From Dehalococcoidia bacterium (GTDB lineage Bacteria > Chloroflexota > Dehalococcoidia > DATCLE01), in NCBI GenBank assembly GCA_036564075.1, contig DATCLE010000165.1, positions 1-47,250 on the forward strand: 47,250 bases of DNA. Reading direction: 5' to 3'. The notes under the pieces are model-generated. The model was not told where the DNA came from. It worked only from the letters and a program-made list of their open reading frames with translations, and did not search any database. The translations under genes were made by a program, and so were the position numbers. Positions within the stretch are counted from its first letter, which is position 1. Every line of letters begins with the position of its first letter. Below, piece after piece: positions 19,963 through 28,731 of the stretch.

Positions 19963-20249
19963 GACGGCCTCCTGTGGCGGAACGTTTCGTCCCACCGCTC
20001 CGGGTCAGGCTCGTATACGGTGATAACGAACGTGACGGGCTCGCTGTGATGGTCCGCTGCGACGACGTGCAGCGGGCGGCCATGGCAGAAACCAAGTATG
20101 AGACGGCTAGGAAAGGGAACATCTGAAGGGTATTCTTCGATAACATCGCCGTGTTCCAGGACATAACGGACATCTGCCGTTGGGATGCTTCGCAGAAACA
20201 TTTGCTCGATGGCATGCTTCCGGTACACGACCCGGTTAGCACTCGGCAT
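19959..20249 (-). CDS. DUF4258-domain protein (putative toxin)
   Basis: 96 aa; YRKHAIEQMFLRSI...VEYVLEHGDVIEEYP is the pattern typical of DUF4258. It is coupled to a YgiT-type zinc-finger gene. Local G+C is about 50-63% in the three 60-nt lines I counted. Confidence 0.7.
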   Translation of the reverse strand: MPSANRVVYRKHAIEQMFLRSIPTADVRYVLEHGDVIEEYPSDVPFPSRLILGFCHGRPLHVVAADHHSEPVTFVITVYEPDPERWDETFRHRRPS

Positions 20250-20330
20250 CCCTTAGGACCCTAGTCTGTCATAAGGCTACCCCACCCTGCACCTAGCAGG
20301 AACCCTACGCCAGCGGTGGATCGGCCTGCA

Positions 20331-20343
20331 TTTTGTAACAAAA
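20331..20343. promoter_or_regulatory. short AT-rich palindrome upstream of the TA operon (candidate operator)
   Basis: TTTTGT-a-ACAAAA, about 85 nt upstream of the toxin gene start. Confidence 0.3.
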
Positions 20344-20525
20344 CCTTTCAGACGGCAGTATACATCCCCGTCAATGCGACATGCGTTCTGGTTTTGTCAC
20401 CCGCCTCTGGCGCCCCGCGCTGCCCCTGGCCTCTCCTTCCTCCGTCACTGGAGTCCCCGAGCCCTACTCCCGCTTCACCCCACAGGGTGCTCACCGCTCC
20501 CCTGGCGGTGGAGGTGCTCCGACTC

Positions 20526-20543
20526 CGTTGCGAACGTTGCGAT
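20526..20543 (+). repeat. 9-bp tandem direct repeat upstream of the ABC-exporter promoter
   Basis: CGTTGCGAA CGTTGCGAT, ending 17 nt upstream of the -35 element. Confidence 0.5.
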
Positions 20544-20559
20544 GGGCTGTGTCCGGAGC

Positions 20560-20588
20560 TTTACCTTCGCGTAAAGGTAGAGTATAAT
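20560..20588 (+). promoter_or_regulatory. sigma-70-type promoter of the ABC exporter operon with embedded small palindrome
   Basis: TTTACC, 17-nt spacer, TATAAT. The palindrome CTTTAC-N6-GTAAAG (20559-20576) overlaps the -35 and spacer. Confidence 0.6.
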
Positions 20589-20631
20589 GGGGCACCTGGT
20601 GCAGCCGGTGAGTCTGGTAAGGTAGGTGCGC

Positions 20632-22455
20632 ATGGGTGTTGTCCCACGACTTCTGAAGTTCGTCTTCCCGTACTGGCCGCGCATCATTGTGGCCTGGCTC
20701 TGCGTCTTCGGCTCGGCGGGCTTCGTGCTGGCCATCCCCCGCATTGTGGGTGAGGCGGTGGACATGGCCGTGCAGTCCCGGGCGGAGCAGGCGGGCGCCG
20801 GCTTCGGCTGGGATGACCTCCGGCCGCTGCTCATTGCCGCGGGGCTGGTGGTGGCGGCCGCCGTGCTGCGCGGCCTCTTCGCCTACGGCCAGACGTACCT
20901 GGGCGAGTGGATCTCCCAGCGGGCGGCGTACGACATCCGCAACCGCATCTATGACCGCCTCCAGCGGCTGAGCTTCGCCTACCATGACCGGGCCCAGACG
21001 GGCCAGATCATGTCCCGGGCCACCCAGGACGTGGAGGGCGTCCGCATGTTCATCAACATGGGCGTCCTCCGCCTCATGTACGTGGTGGTCCTGCTGGCGG
21101 TGGCCGTGGCCCTCATGATCAGCGAGAACTGGCGGCTGGCGCTGGTCAGCTTCTCCTTCTTCCCCGTCATCGCCGGCGTCTCCATCTTCATGACCATGCG
21201 GCTCCGCCCCCTCTGGCTGCGCATCCAGGATGAGCAGGGCCGGCTGGGCACGGTGCTCCAGGAGAACCTCACGGGGATGCGCGTGGTGAAGGCCTTCGGG
21301 CGGGAGGACTCAGAGTCCAAGAAGTTCGCCAAGGAGGCCAAGACGCTCTTCCAGGACTCCTTCGCGTCCAACCGGATCCAGGCCGTGAACACCCCCCTGC
21401 TCACGGGGCTCTGGATGCTGGACGTGGCCGCCACCATGTGGTTCGGCGGCTACGAGGCCATCCACGGGCGGCTCTCACCGGGTGACCTGACCCAGTTCGT
21501 CCTCTACCTCTACCTGCTCCAGCTCCCGGTGCGCTCCTTGGGCTGGATCGTGAACCTGTTCGCCCGGGCGCAGTCCTCCGGCCAGCGCATCTTCGAGATC
21601 CTGGACGCTGAGTCCGCGGTGAAGGAGAAGCCGGACGCGGTGGAGCTCAAGGACATCACCGGCCACGTCCGGTTCGAGAACGTCTCCTTCTCCTACGACG
21701 CCATCAGCGCGGTGCTGAAGGGGATCGACATCGACGCGAAGCCGGGGCAGATGGTGGCGCTGCTGGGCCCCACGGGCTCCGGCAAGTCCACGGTGGTGAA
21801 CCTCCTGCCGCGCTTCTACGACGTGACGGACGGCCGCATCACCATCGACGGGATCGACATCCGGGACGTGACGCTGGCCTCCCTGCGGCGGAACATCGGC
21901 GTGGTGCAGCAGGACGTCTTCCTGTTCAACGACACCATCCGGGCGAACATTGCCTACGGCGCGGTGGACGCCACCCAGGAGCAGATCGAGCGGGCGGCCA
22001 AGGCGGCGCGCATCCACGACTTCATCATGAGCCTGCCGGACGGCTACGACACGTGGGTGGGGGAGCGCGGCGTCACCCTCTCCGGCGGCCAGAAGCAGCG
22101 GGTGGCCATTGCCCGCACGCTGCTGGTGGACCCCAAGATCCTGATCTTCGATGACTCCACGTCCAGCGTGGACACGGAGACGGAGTACCTGATCCAGCAG
22201 GCGCTCCAGGAGCTCATGAAGGGCCGCACCACCTTCGTCATCGCCCAGCGGCTGCGGACGGTGAAGCGGGCGGACCAGATCCTGGTGCTCAAGGACGGCC
22301 GCATTGTGGAGCGCGGCCGGCACGAGGATCTGCTGGCCCTGGGCGGCCACTACCGCCAGATCTACGACTTGGAGCTGCGGGACCAGGAGGAAGCCCTGGC
22401 ACGGCTGGCCAGGCCCGCCGGCGCCCTGGACACGGCACCGGCGGCCGGCGGATAG
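20632..22455 (+). CDS. ABC transporter permease/ATP-binding protein (type I exporter half-transporter)
   Basis: Six-helix TMD followed by an NBD: Walker A GPTGSGKST, signature LSGGQKQR, Walker B ILIFDDSTS. The ATG at 20632 lies 6 nt after AAGGTAGG (track start 20626). Confidence 0.9.
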   Translation: MGVVPRLLKFVFPYWPRIIVAWLCVFGSAGFVLAIPRIVGEAVDMAVQSRAEQAGAGFGWDDLRPLLIAAGLVVAAAVLRGLFAYGQTYLGEWISQRAAYDIRNRIYDRLQRLSFAYHDRAQTGQIMSRATQDVEGVRMFINMGVLRLMYVVVLLAVAVALMISENWRLALVSFSFFPVIAGVSIFMTMRLRPLWLRIQDEQGRLGTVLQENLTGMRVVKAFGREDSESKKFAKEAKTLFQDSFASNRIQAVNTPLLTGLWMLDVAATMWFGGYEAIHGRLSPGDLTQFVLYLYLLQLPVRSLGWIVNLFARAQSSGQRIFEILDAESAVKEKPDAVELKDITGHVRFENVSFSYDAISAVLKGIDIDAKPGQMVALLGPTGSGKSTVVNLLPRFYDVTDGRITIDGIDIRDVTLASLRRNIGVVQQDVFLFNDTIRANIAYGAVDATQEQIERAAKAARIHDFIMSLPDGYDTWVGERGVTLSGGQKQRVAIARTLLVDPKILIFDDSTSSVDTETEYLIQQALQELMKGRTTFVIAQRLRTVKRADQILVLKDGRIVERGRHEDLLALGGHYRQIYDLELRDQEEALARLARPAGALDTAPAAGG

Positions 22456-22473
22456 AGGTAAGGAGGGAGTCAC

Positions 22474-24378
22474 GTGGCCTACTGGGGCGGCGCGGGCGCC
22501 GGCGGTTGGAGCGGCGGCGCCAGCGTCTTCGGAGGGAACTTCCGCCGCCGTACCGCGGATGGCTGGGACGACGACGAACTGGGGAAGGTCTATGACCACC
22601 AGGTGGTCAAGCGCCTCATCCCCTACCTCAAGCCGTACAAGCTCCGGGCCTTCGTTGCCCTGGGCGCCATGCTGGTCTACGCCGCCACGTCCTACGCCCA
22701 GCCGTTCGTCTTCGGCATGATCCTGAAGCAGGTTGGGCAGGCGGACCTCTCCGGCCTCAACCGGCCGGCCGGGGCGTTCCTGGCCATCGCCGTCATCAGC
22801 GGGCTGGCCTACTACGTCCAGCTGAACAACACCGGCTGGATCGGCCACCGGCTGCTGTTCACGCTGCGGACCCAGCTCTTCAACCACCTCCAGAAGCTCT
22901 CCCTCCGCTTCTACGACAACCATGAGGTGGGCAAGGTCATGTCCCGCGTGACCAGCGACGTGACGGTGCTCCAGGAGCTCCTCACGGCGGGTTTCCTCAC
23001 CATTGTGGCGGATGTGGTGGGCCTGGCGGTGATCATCATCACCATGCTCTACTACGACGTGCTGCTGACCCTCATCACGTTCGCCGTGGTGCCCTTCATG
23101 GTGCTGGCCATGGCCGTCTGGCAGGCCAAGGCCCGGCAGGCCTTCATCGGCGTGCGGCAGGCCATCGCCGTGGTGAACGCCAACCTGAACGAGAACCTGA
23201 CGGGCGTCCGGGTGGTGCAGAGCCTGAGCCGGGAGCAGGAGAACAGCCGCCGGTTCGACCAGATCAACCGCGGCAACTGGGAGGCCAACCTGCGGGCCGG
23301 CCGGCTCACCGCCGCGGTGATGCCGCTGGTGGAGGTCTCCTCCGCCGCCGCCACGGCGCTGGTCATCGCCATCGGCGGCTACCTGGTCTTCGAAGGGCAC
23401 GCGGAGCCCGCCGCGGTGGCCGTGTTCGCCCTCTCCATCCAGCGGTTCTTCGACCCGGTGCGGGACCTCACGCTCCAGTACACCCAGCTCCAGCGGGCCA
23501 TGGCCGGCGGCGTCCGCATCTTTGAGGTGCTGGACACGGAGCCGGACATCCAGGACAAGCCGGACGCCGTGGCGCTGCCCACCGTCAAGGGCGAGGTGGT
23601 CTTTGACCACGTGTGGTTCCGGTACGTGGACGGGGTGGACGTGCTGCGGGACATCAACCTCCACGTCCGGCCGGGGGAGACGGTGGCCCTGGTGGGCCAG
23701 ACGGGCGCCGGCAAGACCACCATCACCTCCCTGGTGGCACGCTTCTACGACGTGAGCGAAGGGCGCGTCCTCATCGACGGGTACGACGTCCGGGACATCC
23801 AGCGCCGCTCCCTGGCCAACCAGTTGGGCGTGGTGCTCCAGGACCCCTTCCTCTTCTCCGGCACCATCCGGGAGAACATCCGCTTCAGCCGGCCGGACGC
23901 CACGGACGAGGAGGTGGAGGAGGCGGCCCGCCTGGTGGGCGCGTACGACTTCATCATGCGGCTGGAGCAGGGCTTTGACACGGAGCTCCACGAGCGCGGC
24001 CAGAACCTCTCCATGGGCCAGCGCCAGCTCATCAGCTTTGCCCGGGCCATCCTGGCCCGGCCGCGCATCCTCATCCTGGACGAGGCCACGGCCAACGTGG
24101 ACACGGCCACGGAGGTGGTCATCCAGCGGGCCCTGGAGCAGCTCCTGAAGGACCGCACCTCCTTCGTCATCGCCCATCGGCTCTCCACCATCCGCAACGC
24201 GGACCGCGTGGTGGTGCTGGACCACGGCCAGATTGCGGAGATGGGCACGCACGAGGAGCTGCTGGCCAAGGACGGCATCTACGCCCGCCTCTACCGCATG
24301 ACCTACCAGCAGCATGAGGAGGCGGAGCAGCGCCGCCGTGCCGCCGCGGAGCCGTCCGTTACCCCGTCCCCTTCCTGA
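22474..24378 (+). CDS. ABC transporter permease/ATP-binding protein (partner half-transporter)
   Basis: GTG start after AAGGAGGGAG. Walker A GQTGAGKTT, degenerate signature LSMGQRQL, Walker B ILILDEATA. This is the typical heterodimeric exporter arrangement. Confidence 0.9.
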   Translation: MAYWGGAGAGGWSGGASVFGGNFRRRTADGWDDDELGKVYDHQVVKRLIPYLKPYKLRAFVALGAMLVYAATSYAQPFVFGMILKQVGQADLSGLNRPAGAFLAIAVISGLAYYVQLNNTGWIGHRLLFTLRTQLFNHLQKLSLRFYDNHEVGKVMSRVTSDVTVLQELLTAGFLTIVADVVGLAVIIITMLYYDVLLTLITFAVVPFMVLAMAVWQAKARQAFIGVRQAIAVVNANLNENLTGVRVVQSLSREQENSRRFDQINRGNWEANLRAGRLTAAVMPLVEVSSAAATALVIAIGGYLVFEGHAEPAAVAVFALSIQRFFDPVRDLTLQYTQLQRAMAGGVRIFEVLDTEPDIQDKPDAVALPTVKGEVVFDHVWFRYVDGVDVLRDINLHVRPGETVALVGQTGAGKTTITSLVARFYDVSEGRVLIDGYDVRDIQRRSLANQLGVVLQDPFLFSGTIRENIRFSRPDATDEEVEEAARLVGAYDFIMRLEQGFDTELHERGQNLSMGQRQLISFARAILARPRILILDEATANVDTATEVVIQRALEQLLKDRTSFVIAHRLSTIRNADRVVVLDHGQIAEMGTHEELLAKDGIYARLYRMTYQQHEEAEQRRRAAAEPSVTPSPS

Positions 24379-24422
24379 CGCCGCCGTGTGATACACTGGA
24401 ACACACGGGAAGAGGGACCACG

Positions 24423-24460
24423 CAGCAGGCGCCGCTCTCCGGCAGGGGCGGCGCCTGCTG
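24423..24460 (+). terminator. strong stem-loop after the ABC genes (terminator or attenuator before the receiver gene)
   Basis: Perfect 13-bp stem CAGCAGGCGCCGC-N12-GCGGCGCCTGCTG. It ends 21 nt before the GTG of the next gene. Confidence 0.5.
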
Positions 24461-24481
24461 GCATGCGGGAGGACCGGCACG

Positions 24482-24880
24482 GTGCCGAAGCGGATCGCGG
24501 TGGTGAACGAGGACACGGCGTACCTGCGGATGATGGAGACCTTCCTCCAGCTTGAGGGGTATGAGACCTTCGCCTGGCGGGAGGGCAGCACCGCCTACGA
24601 GGTCATCAAGCGCGAGCAGCCGGACCTGGTGATCCTGGACATCCGGCTGGAGCACCCGGACGCCGGCTGGGTGGTGCTGGACCTCCTCCGGCTGGACCCG
24701 GAGACGGCGGACCTGCCCGTCATTGTGGCGTCCGGGGACCTGCGGTTCCTGCGGGAGAAGGAGGAGCGGCTACGGGCCCAGCGGTGCCAGGTGCTGCCCA
24801 AGCCCTTCGGCCTGGAGGAGCTGCTGCGCAAGATCCAGGAGGTCATCGGGCCGCCGGAGCGGCCGCCGGGCGCCAAGTGA
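24482..24880 (+). CDS. stand-alone receiver-domain response regulator (CheY-like, no output domain)
   Basis: 132 aa with the acceptor Asp in DLVILDIRL, T/S in VIVASG, and Lys in LPKPF. Confidence 0.85.
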   Translation: MPKRIAVVNEDTAYLRMMETFLQLEGYETFAWREGSTAYEVIKREQPDLVILDIRLEHPDAGWVVLDLLRLDPETADLPVIVASGDLRFLREKEERLRAQRCQVLPKPFGLEELLRKIQEVIGPPERPPGAK

Positions 24881-24886
24881 GGGGGC

Positions 24887-25927
24887 TCAGCCGTCCCAGA
24901 GGCTCCGCTGGACCGCCTCCGGCGCCGGCCGCTCCTGGTAGGGGATGCCCAGGTGCTCGTAGGCGCGGCGGGTGGCCAGCCGGCCCCGCGGCGTCCGCTG
25001 GATGAAGCCCACCTGGAGTAGGTACGGCTCGTACACGTCCATGATGGTGTCCGCCTCCTCCGAGATGGAGGCGGCGATGGTATCCAGCCCCACGGGACCG
25101 CCCTCGAACTTCTCGATGATGGTGCGGAGGACGCGGTGGTCCACCTCGTCCAGGCCCAGGGCGTCCACGTCCAGCCGCGCCAGCGCCTCCCGGGCCACGG
25201 GGAGCGTGATGACGCCCTCCGCCCGCACCTGCGCGTAGTCCCGCAGCCGGCGCAGCAGCCGGTTGGCCACCCGGGGCGTCCCGCGGGCCCGCCGGGCGAT
25301 CTCCCGCGCCGCCGCCGGCTCGATCTCCACGCGGAGGATGCGGGCGCTGCGGGTCACAATGGTGGTCAGCGCCTCCTCGTCGTAGAAGTCCAGGCGGTAC
25401 ACCTGCCCGAACCGGTCGCGCAGCGGCGCGCTCACCATGGCGTACCGCGTGGTGGCGCCGATGAGGGTGAAGCGGGGCAGCGTCAGCCGCACGCTGCGGG
25501 CGCCCGGCCCCTTCCCCAGGACGATGTCCAGGGCGAAGTCCTCCATGGCCGGGTAGAGCACCTCCTCCACCGCCCGGGAGAGGCGGTGGATCTCGTCGAT
25601 GAACAGGATGTCGTCCGGCTGGAGGTTGGTGAGGATGGAGGCCAGGTCCCCCGGCCGTTCGATGGCGGGCCCGGAGGTGGTGCGGATGTTCACCCGCATC
25701 TCCGCGGCGATGATGTTGGCCAGGGTGGTCTTGCCCAGGCCGGGGGGACCGTACAGGAGGACGTGGTCCAGGGCGTCCTGCCGCCGCAACGCCGCCTGGA
25801 TGGCGATGCTCAGGTTCTCCTTGACCTTCTCCTGACCGATGTACTCCGAAAGCTGCCTGGGCCGCAGGGAACGGTCCAGGACGGAGTCCTCCTCCTGCTG
25901 GCGCCCGGAGATCACGCGTTCGGTCAC
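24887..25927 (-). CDS. ruvB: Holliday junction branch migration DNA helicase RuvB
   Basis: 346 aa with [19 protein letters not shown], Walker [12 protein letters not shown], Walker [10 protein letters not shown], and a C-terminal winged helix. Confidence 0.97.
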   Translation of the reverse strand: MTERVISGRQQEEDSVLDRSLRPRQLSEYIGQEKVKENLSIAIQAALRRQDALDHVLLYGPPGLGKTTLANIIAAEMRVNIRTTSGPAIERPGDLASILTNLQPDDILFIDEIHRLSRAVEEVLYPAMEDFALDIVLGKGPGARSVRLTLPRFTLIGATTRYAMVSAPLRDRFGQVYRLDFYDEEALTTIVTRSARILRVEIEPAAAREIARRARGTPRVANRLLRRLRDYAQVRAEGVITLPVAREALARLDVDALGLDEVDHRVLRTIIEKFEGGPVGLDTIAASISEEADTIMDVYEPYLLQVGFIQRTPRGRLATRRAYEHLGIPYQERPAPEAVQRSLWDG

Positions 25928-25982
25928 GGGTGGTCCCTCTCTCCGGCGGGCCCGCCCGCCGGGGGCGGCCGGCGGCCCGTCC

Positions 25983-25996
25983 AGAACGGAAGTTCG
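25983..25996 (-). promoter_or_regulatory. LexA (SOS/Cheo) box at the ruvB promoter
   Basis: Minus strand reads CGAAC-TTCC-GTTCT, a perfect GAAC-N4-GTTC core, 14 nt downstream of the TATAAT. Confidence 0.6.
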
Positions 25997-26010
25997 CGTC
26001 TGTCCCCTCC

Positions 26011-26040
26011 ATTATACGCGCCCGTCCCGCCGCGGTCCAA
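26011..26040 (-). promoter_or_regulatory. ruvB promoter
   Basis: Minus strand reads TTGGAC, 18-nt spacer, TATAAT. It starts only 27 nt after the stop of the upstream phage-like gene. Confidence 0.6.
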
Positions 26041-26067
26041 GCCCGCCGGCCGCCCCCGGCGTCCCCG

Positions 26068-26739
26068 TCAGGCCGTCCGCACCAGCTCTACTCCCAGCAC
26101 CGTGGCATCGTTGGGGAGCGTGTCCAGCGGGTGGGTGGCCGACCGCTGGATGCGGACGGTGGTGATGCGGGACGAGGCGGGCACCGCCGTGGCCAGCGTG
26201 CTGACCTTCAGGATGTGCTGCGCCGGCGCGGCTACGGCCGTCAGGCCCACCACGTCGGTCACGTTCAGGCTCTCGCCGCCGGCCACGTCCGTGAGGAGGT
26301 GCTGCCACACCACGTCGCCGCTGCCGGGGTCCGGATTGCTCCAGTAGAGCAGCACGTCCATGCGGCTCCAGAGCGGCGGCAGGACCACCGTGGCGGCCAC
26401 CGTCTCCACGTTGGTGGCGTCCAGCGCCCATGCCGCCCACCGGCCGGTGGCCTGGCCCACCAGCGCGGGCGTTCCGCCCACGGCCTCCATGGCGCCGGCG
26501 CCCAGGAACAGCCGCTCCCCGTTGCCCGGGCCCATGACGCCCAGGAGCAGCGTGTTCTCCGGGTTCGTCTCGTCAAAGGCCACCACGGCGCACGCCGCGC
26601 CGGGCGTGAGATGTGCGGGCGGCACGTGGGACGCCACCGGCACGCCGGTGTGGAAGACGGCGGTGCTCCCAGGAAGCTGGACCGTGGCGCGGTGGGTGGC
26701 CGCCTGGTAGGCGCGGACGATTCCCCTGAGCAGTTGCAT
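26068..26739 (-). CDS. phage-like hypothetical protein, possible tail-tip/needle (gpV/gp5-type OB-fold-like N-terminus)
   Basis: 223 aa, the last gene of the capsid-tail unit. The N-terminus LLRGIVRAYQAATHRATVQLPGS...GVPVAS...GAACAVVAFDETNPENTLLLGVM follows the pattern of baseplate-spike OB-fold domains. This is a weak assignment made by eye only. Confidence 0.35.
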   Translation of the reverse strand: MQLLRGIVRAYQAATHRATVQLPGSTAVFHTGVPVASHVPPAHLTPGAACAVVAFDETNPENTLLLGVMGPGNGERLFLGAGAMEAVGGTPALVGQATGRWAAWALDATNVETVAATVVLPPLWSRMDVLLYWSNPDPGSGDVVWQHLLTDVAGGESLNVTDVVGLTAVAAPAQHILKVSTLATAVPASSRITTVRIQRSATHPLDTLPNDATVLGVELVRTA

Positions 26740-26766
26740 CTCCCCCGTGCTCCTTCCGCCGCCGGC

Positions 26767-28728
26767 TCAGGGCAGCTCCAGCCGCAGCCGCTGCCGGTAC
26801 TGCCCGCGTTCCGGCCGGTACAGCCAGGTGATGGCCGCCACCCGTCGGGTCAGGGTTGGGAGCCCTGCCGCGGGATCGCTGACCGTCACCACGTCGTACA
26901 GCTCCTGGCCCGTGTTGACGGGCACCAGGACCTCGTGGGTTCCGCCGGCGCGCTCCGCCTCCGATAGCAGCGCCGCGGCGCGGCTGCCCGCCTGGGCCGC
27001 CGTGGTGAGGGTGAGGTCGTGGACCTGACGCAGCCGCAGCCCCCCGGCGGCGACGGAGCCGTGGGCGAACGCCTCCCCCAGGACGCCCGCGCCGAAGACC
27101 TGCACGGCGTTCCACGGCTCGGCCCGCGCCCGGTGCGTTGCCTCCAGCACGGGGTGGTCCGTGCCGTACGCGTAGGACGGCGGCTCCGCCGGGCTGGGGT
27201 TGCGGAGCACCAGCGTGCCCCCGTCAAACCGTACCCGGTCCGGCACCGCGGCCAGCAGGCGGCGGAGGACCACGTCGCCCCGCTCGCCGGGGTAGACGGT
27301 GAACGCCGGCTCCAGCGCCGTGAGCTCCGGGCTGGTCCCGTCTGACAGCACAGGCAGGCCGGCCCTGGCGCTGATCGCCGTGGCGATGAGGAAGATGTTG
27401 GCCGAGCCCTGATCCCACTGGAGCTGGCGGCGGGCGGTCCAAGCGGCCAGCCGGCCCCAGCCGTCGTGGCCCTCCAGCACCACCACGCCCCGGCCGCGGC
27501 CGGCGCTCCGGGTCACCGAGTGCAGCCAGTAGGCGGGCCGGGCGCCGTACTGCGGGCCGGCGGCGGTCACGTAGCCGAACTCCACGTCCACCTGGGCGCC
27601 GGGCGCCAGGCGGTCTCCATCCGGCGTGCCGGCGTGGTAGCGGCCGTGGTCGTTCCGTAGCGTCAGGCGCAGGCTGCCACCCTCCTCCTCCGAGGCCACC
27701 AGCTCCAGCACGTCCTCCTGGGGGATGGAGAGGGCGGGCTGCTCCGGCGCCAGCCAGACCTCCCGGCCGGTCACCAGCCAGTGCCCGGCGGCGGTCCGGA
27801 CCAGGGACGGCGCGGTGACGGGGTCCGCCTGGGAGGGCGCCGGCTCCTGCCACCAAGGCTCCAGCGACCCCGAGACGTTGGGCTGGTGGCTGAGCTCCAG
27901 CCGCCGGTAGGCCCCGCTCCCGGCGTCCTGCTCCACCCAGCCGGCGCGCAGCGTGTCGTAGGCCGCCGCGCCCACCCGCTCGTACGTCACGGGGGAGCCG
28001 GGGCTGGCCGTGGCGAGGGTCACGCGCGGGCCCCACGTATCCGCGGGCACGCCGAAGCCGGCGCCGTAGGCCAGCGCCCACACGTGGGCGCCGCCGGCGT
28101 CCGCCCCCGTGACGAAGAGGACGTAGTCCCCCAGGAACGCCACGGCCAGCCCCGTGACGGCCGCCGCCGCGTGCGGCCAGGGGGAGGCGGCGCCCCACAC
28201 GCCGGAGACGCGCCGCCGGACCGCCACGGCGTTCCCGGCGGCGTACGCCAGGAGCAGGTCCCCGTTGAAGGAGGCGGCCACGGCCACGTGCTGCACCGGG
28301 ACGGCCCCGGTGAGCGCCACCGAGGCCGCGCCGAAGGTCCCGCCGCCGTCCGTGCTCTCCCGCACCACCACCGTCGTCCCGTTGCTCTCCACTGAGGCGA
28401 TGACCACGCGGTTCGGCCCCGCCGTCCCCACGCCGGGGTCCACGGCGGCGGCAGGGCCCAGGCCGGTCCAGGACGTGAAGTCGCTGCCGGCGCCGGGGCC
28501 CGGCACCCGCTGCACCTGGAGGACGCCGCCGGCCACGCGGGCGCGCACCAGCGCGCCGTCCGGCGTCACCGCGGCGGCGTGGGGGGCGCCGCCGGCGGGG
28601 TCGCGGTAGACCAGGGCGTAGGGGGTTCGGGCCACGCCCGCCAGCTGGCTGCGCACGGTGACGCGGAGGGCGGGCGTGGCGTTGGGGCTGCGCTGGGCGG
28701 CCAGCAAGTCCGGCGGGAGGGTCCGCAT
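26767..28728 (-). CDS. phage-like large structural protein (tail/tailspike candidate) with Asp-box (BNR) motif
   Basis: 653 aa with the Asp-box STDGGGTF in a beta-rich N-terminal half. Its position after the capsid and adaptor-like genes fits a tail protein. The exact family is not recognised. Confidence 0.45.
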   Translation of the reverse strand: MRTLPPDLLAAQRSPNATPALRVTVRSQLAGVARTPYALVYRDPAGGAPHAAAVTPDGALVRARVAGGVLQVQRVPGPGAGSDFTSWTGLGPAAAVDPGVGTAGPNRVVIASVESNGTTVVVRESTDGGGTFGAASVALTGAVPVQHVAVAASFNGDLLLAYAAGNAVAVRRRVSGVWGAASPWPHAAAAVTGLAVAFLGDYVLFVTGADAGGAHVWALAYGAGFGVPADTWGPRVTLATASPGSPVTYERVGAAAYDTLRAGWVEQDAGSGAYRRLELSHQPNVSGSLEPWWQEPAPSQADPVTAPSLVRTAAGHWLVTGREVWLAPEQPALSIPQEDVLELVASEEEGGSLRLTLRNDHGRYHAGTPDGDRLAPGAQVDVEFGYVTAAGPQYGARPAYWLHSVTRSAGRGRGVVVLEGHDGWGRLAAWTARRQLQWDQGSANIFLIATAISARAGLPVLSDGTSPELTALEPAFTVYPGERGDVVLRRLLAAVPDRVRFDGGTLVLRNPSPAEPPSYAYGTDHPVLEATHRARAEPWNAVQVFGAGVLGEAFAHGSVAAGGLRLRQVHDLTLTTAAQAGSRAAALLSEAERAGGTHEVLVPVNTGQELYDVVTVSDPAAGLPTLTRRVAAITWLYRPERGQYRQRLRLELP

Positions 28729-28731
28729 GGG

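Noticed and set aside
21475-24591. 1038-aa minus-strand ORF across both ABC transporter genes
   Set aside because: It is a shadow ORF opposite clear Walker A/B and signature-motif genes, with no recognisable domain.
24737-24748. GACC-TGCG-GTTC, a one-mismatch LexA-like box
   Set aside because: It lies inside the receiver-domain CDS, is not near any promoter, and is expected by chance in 47 kb.
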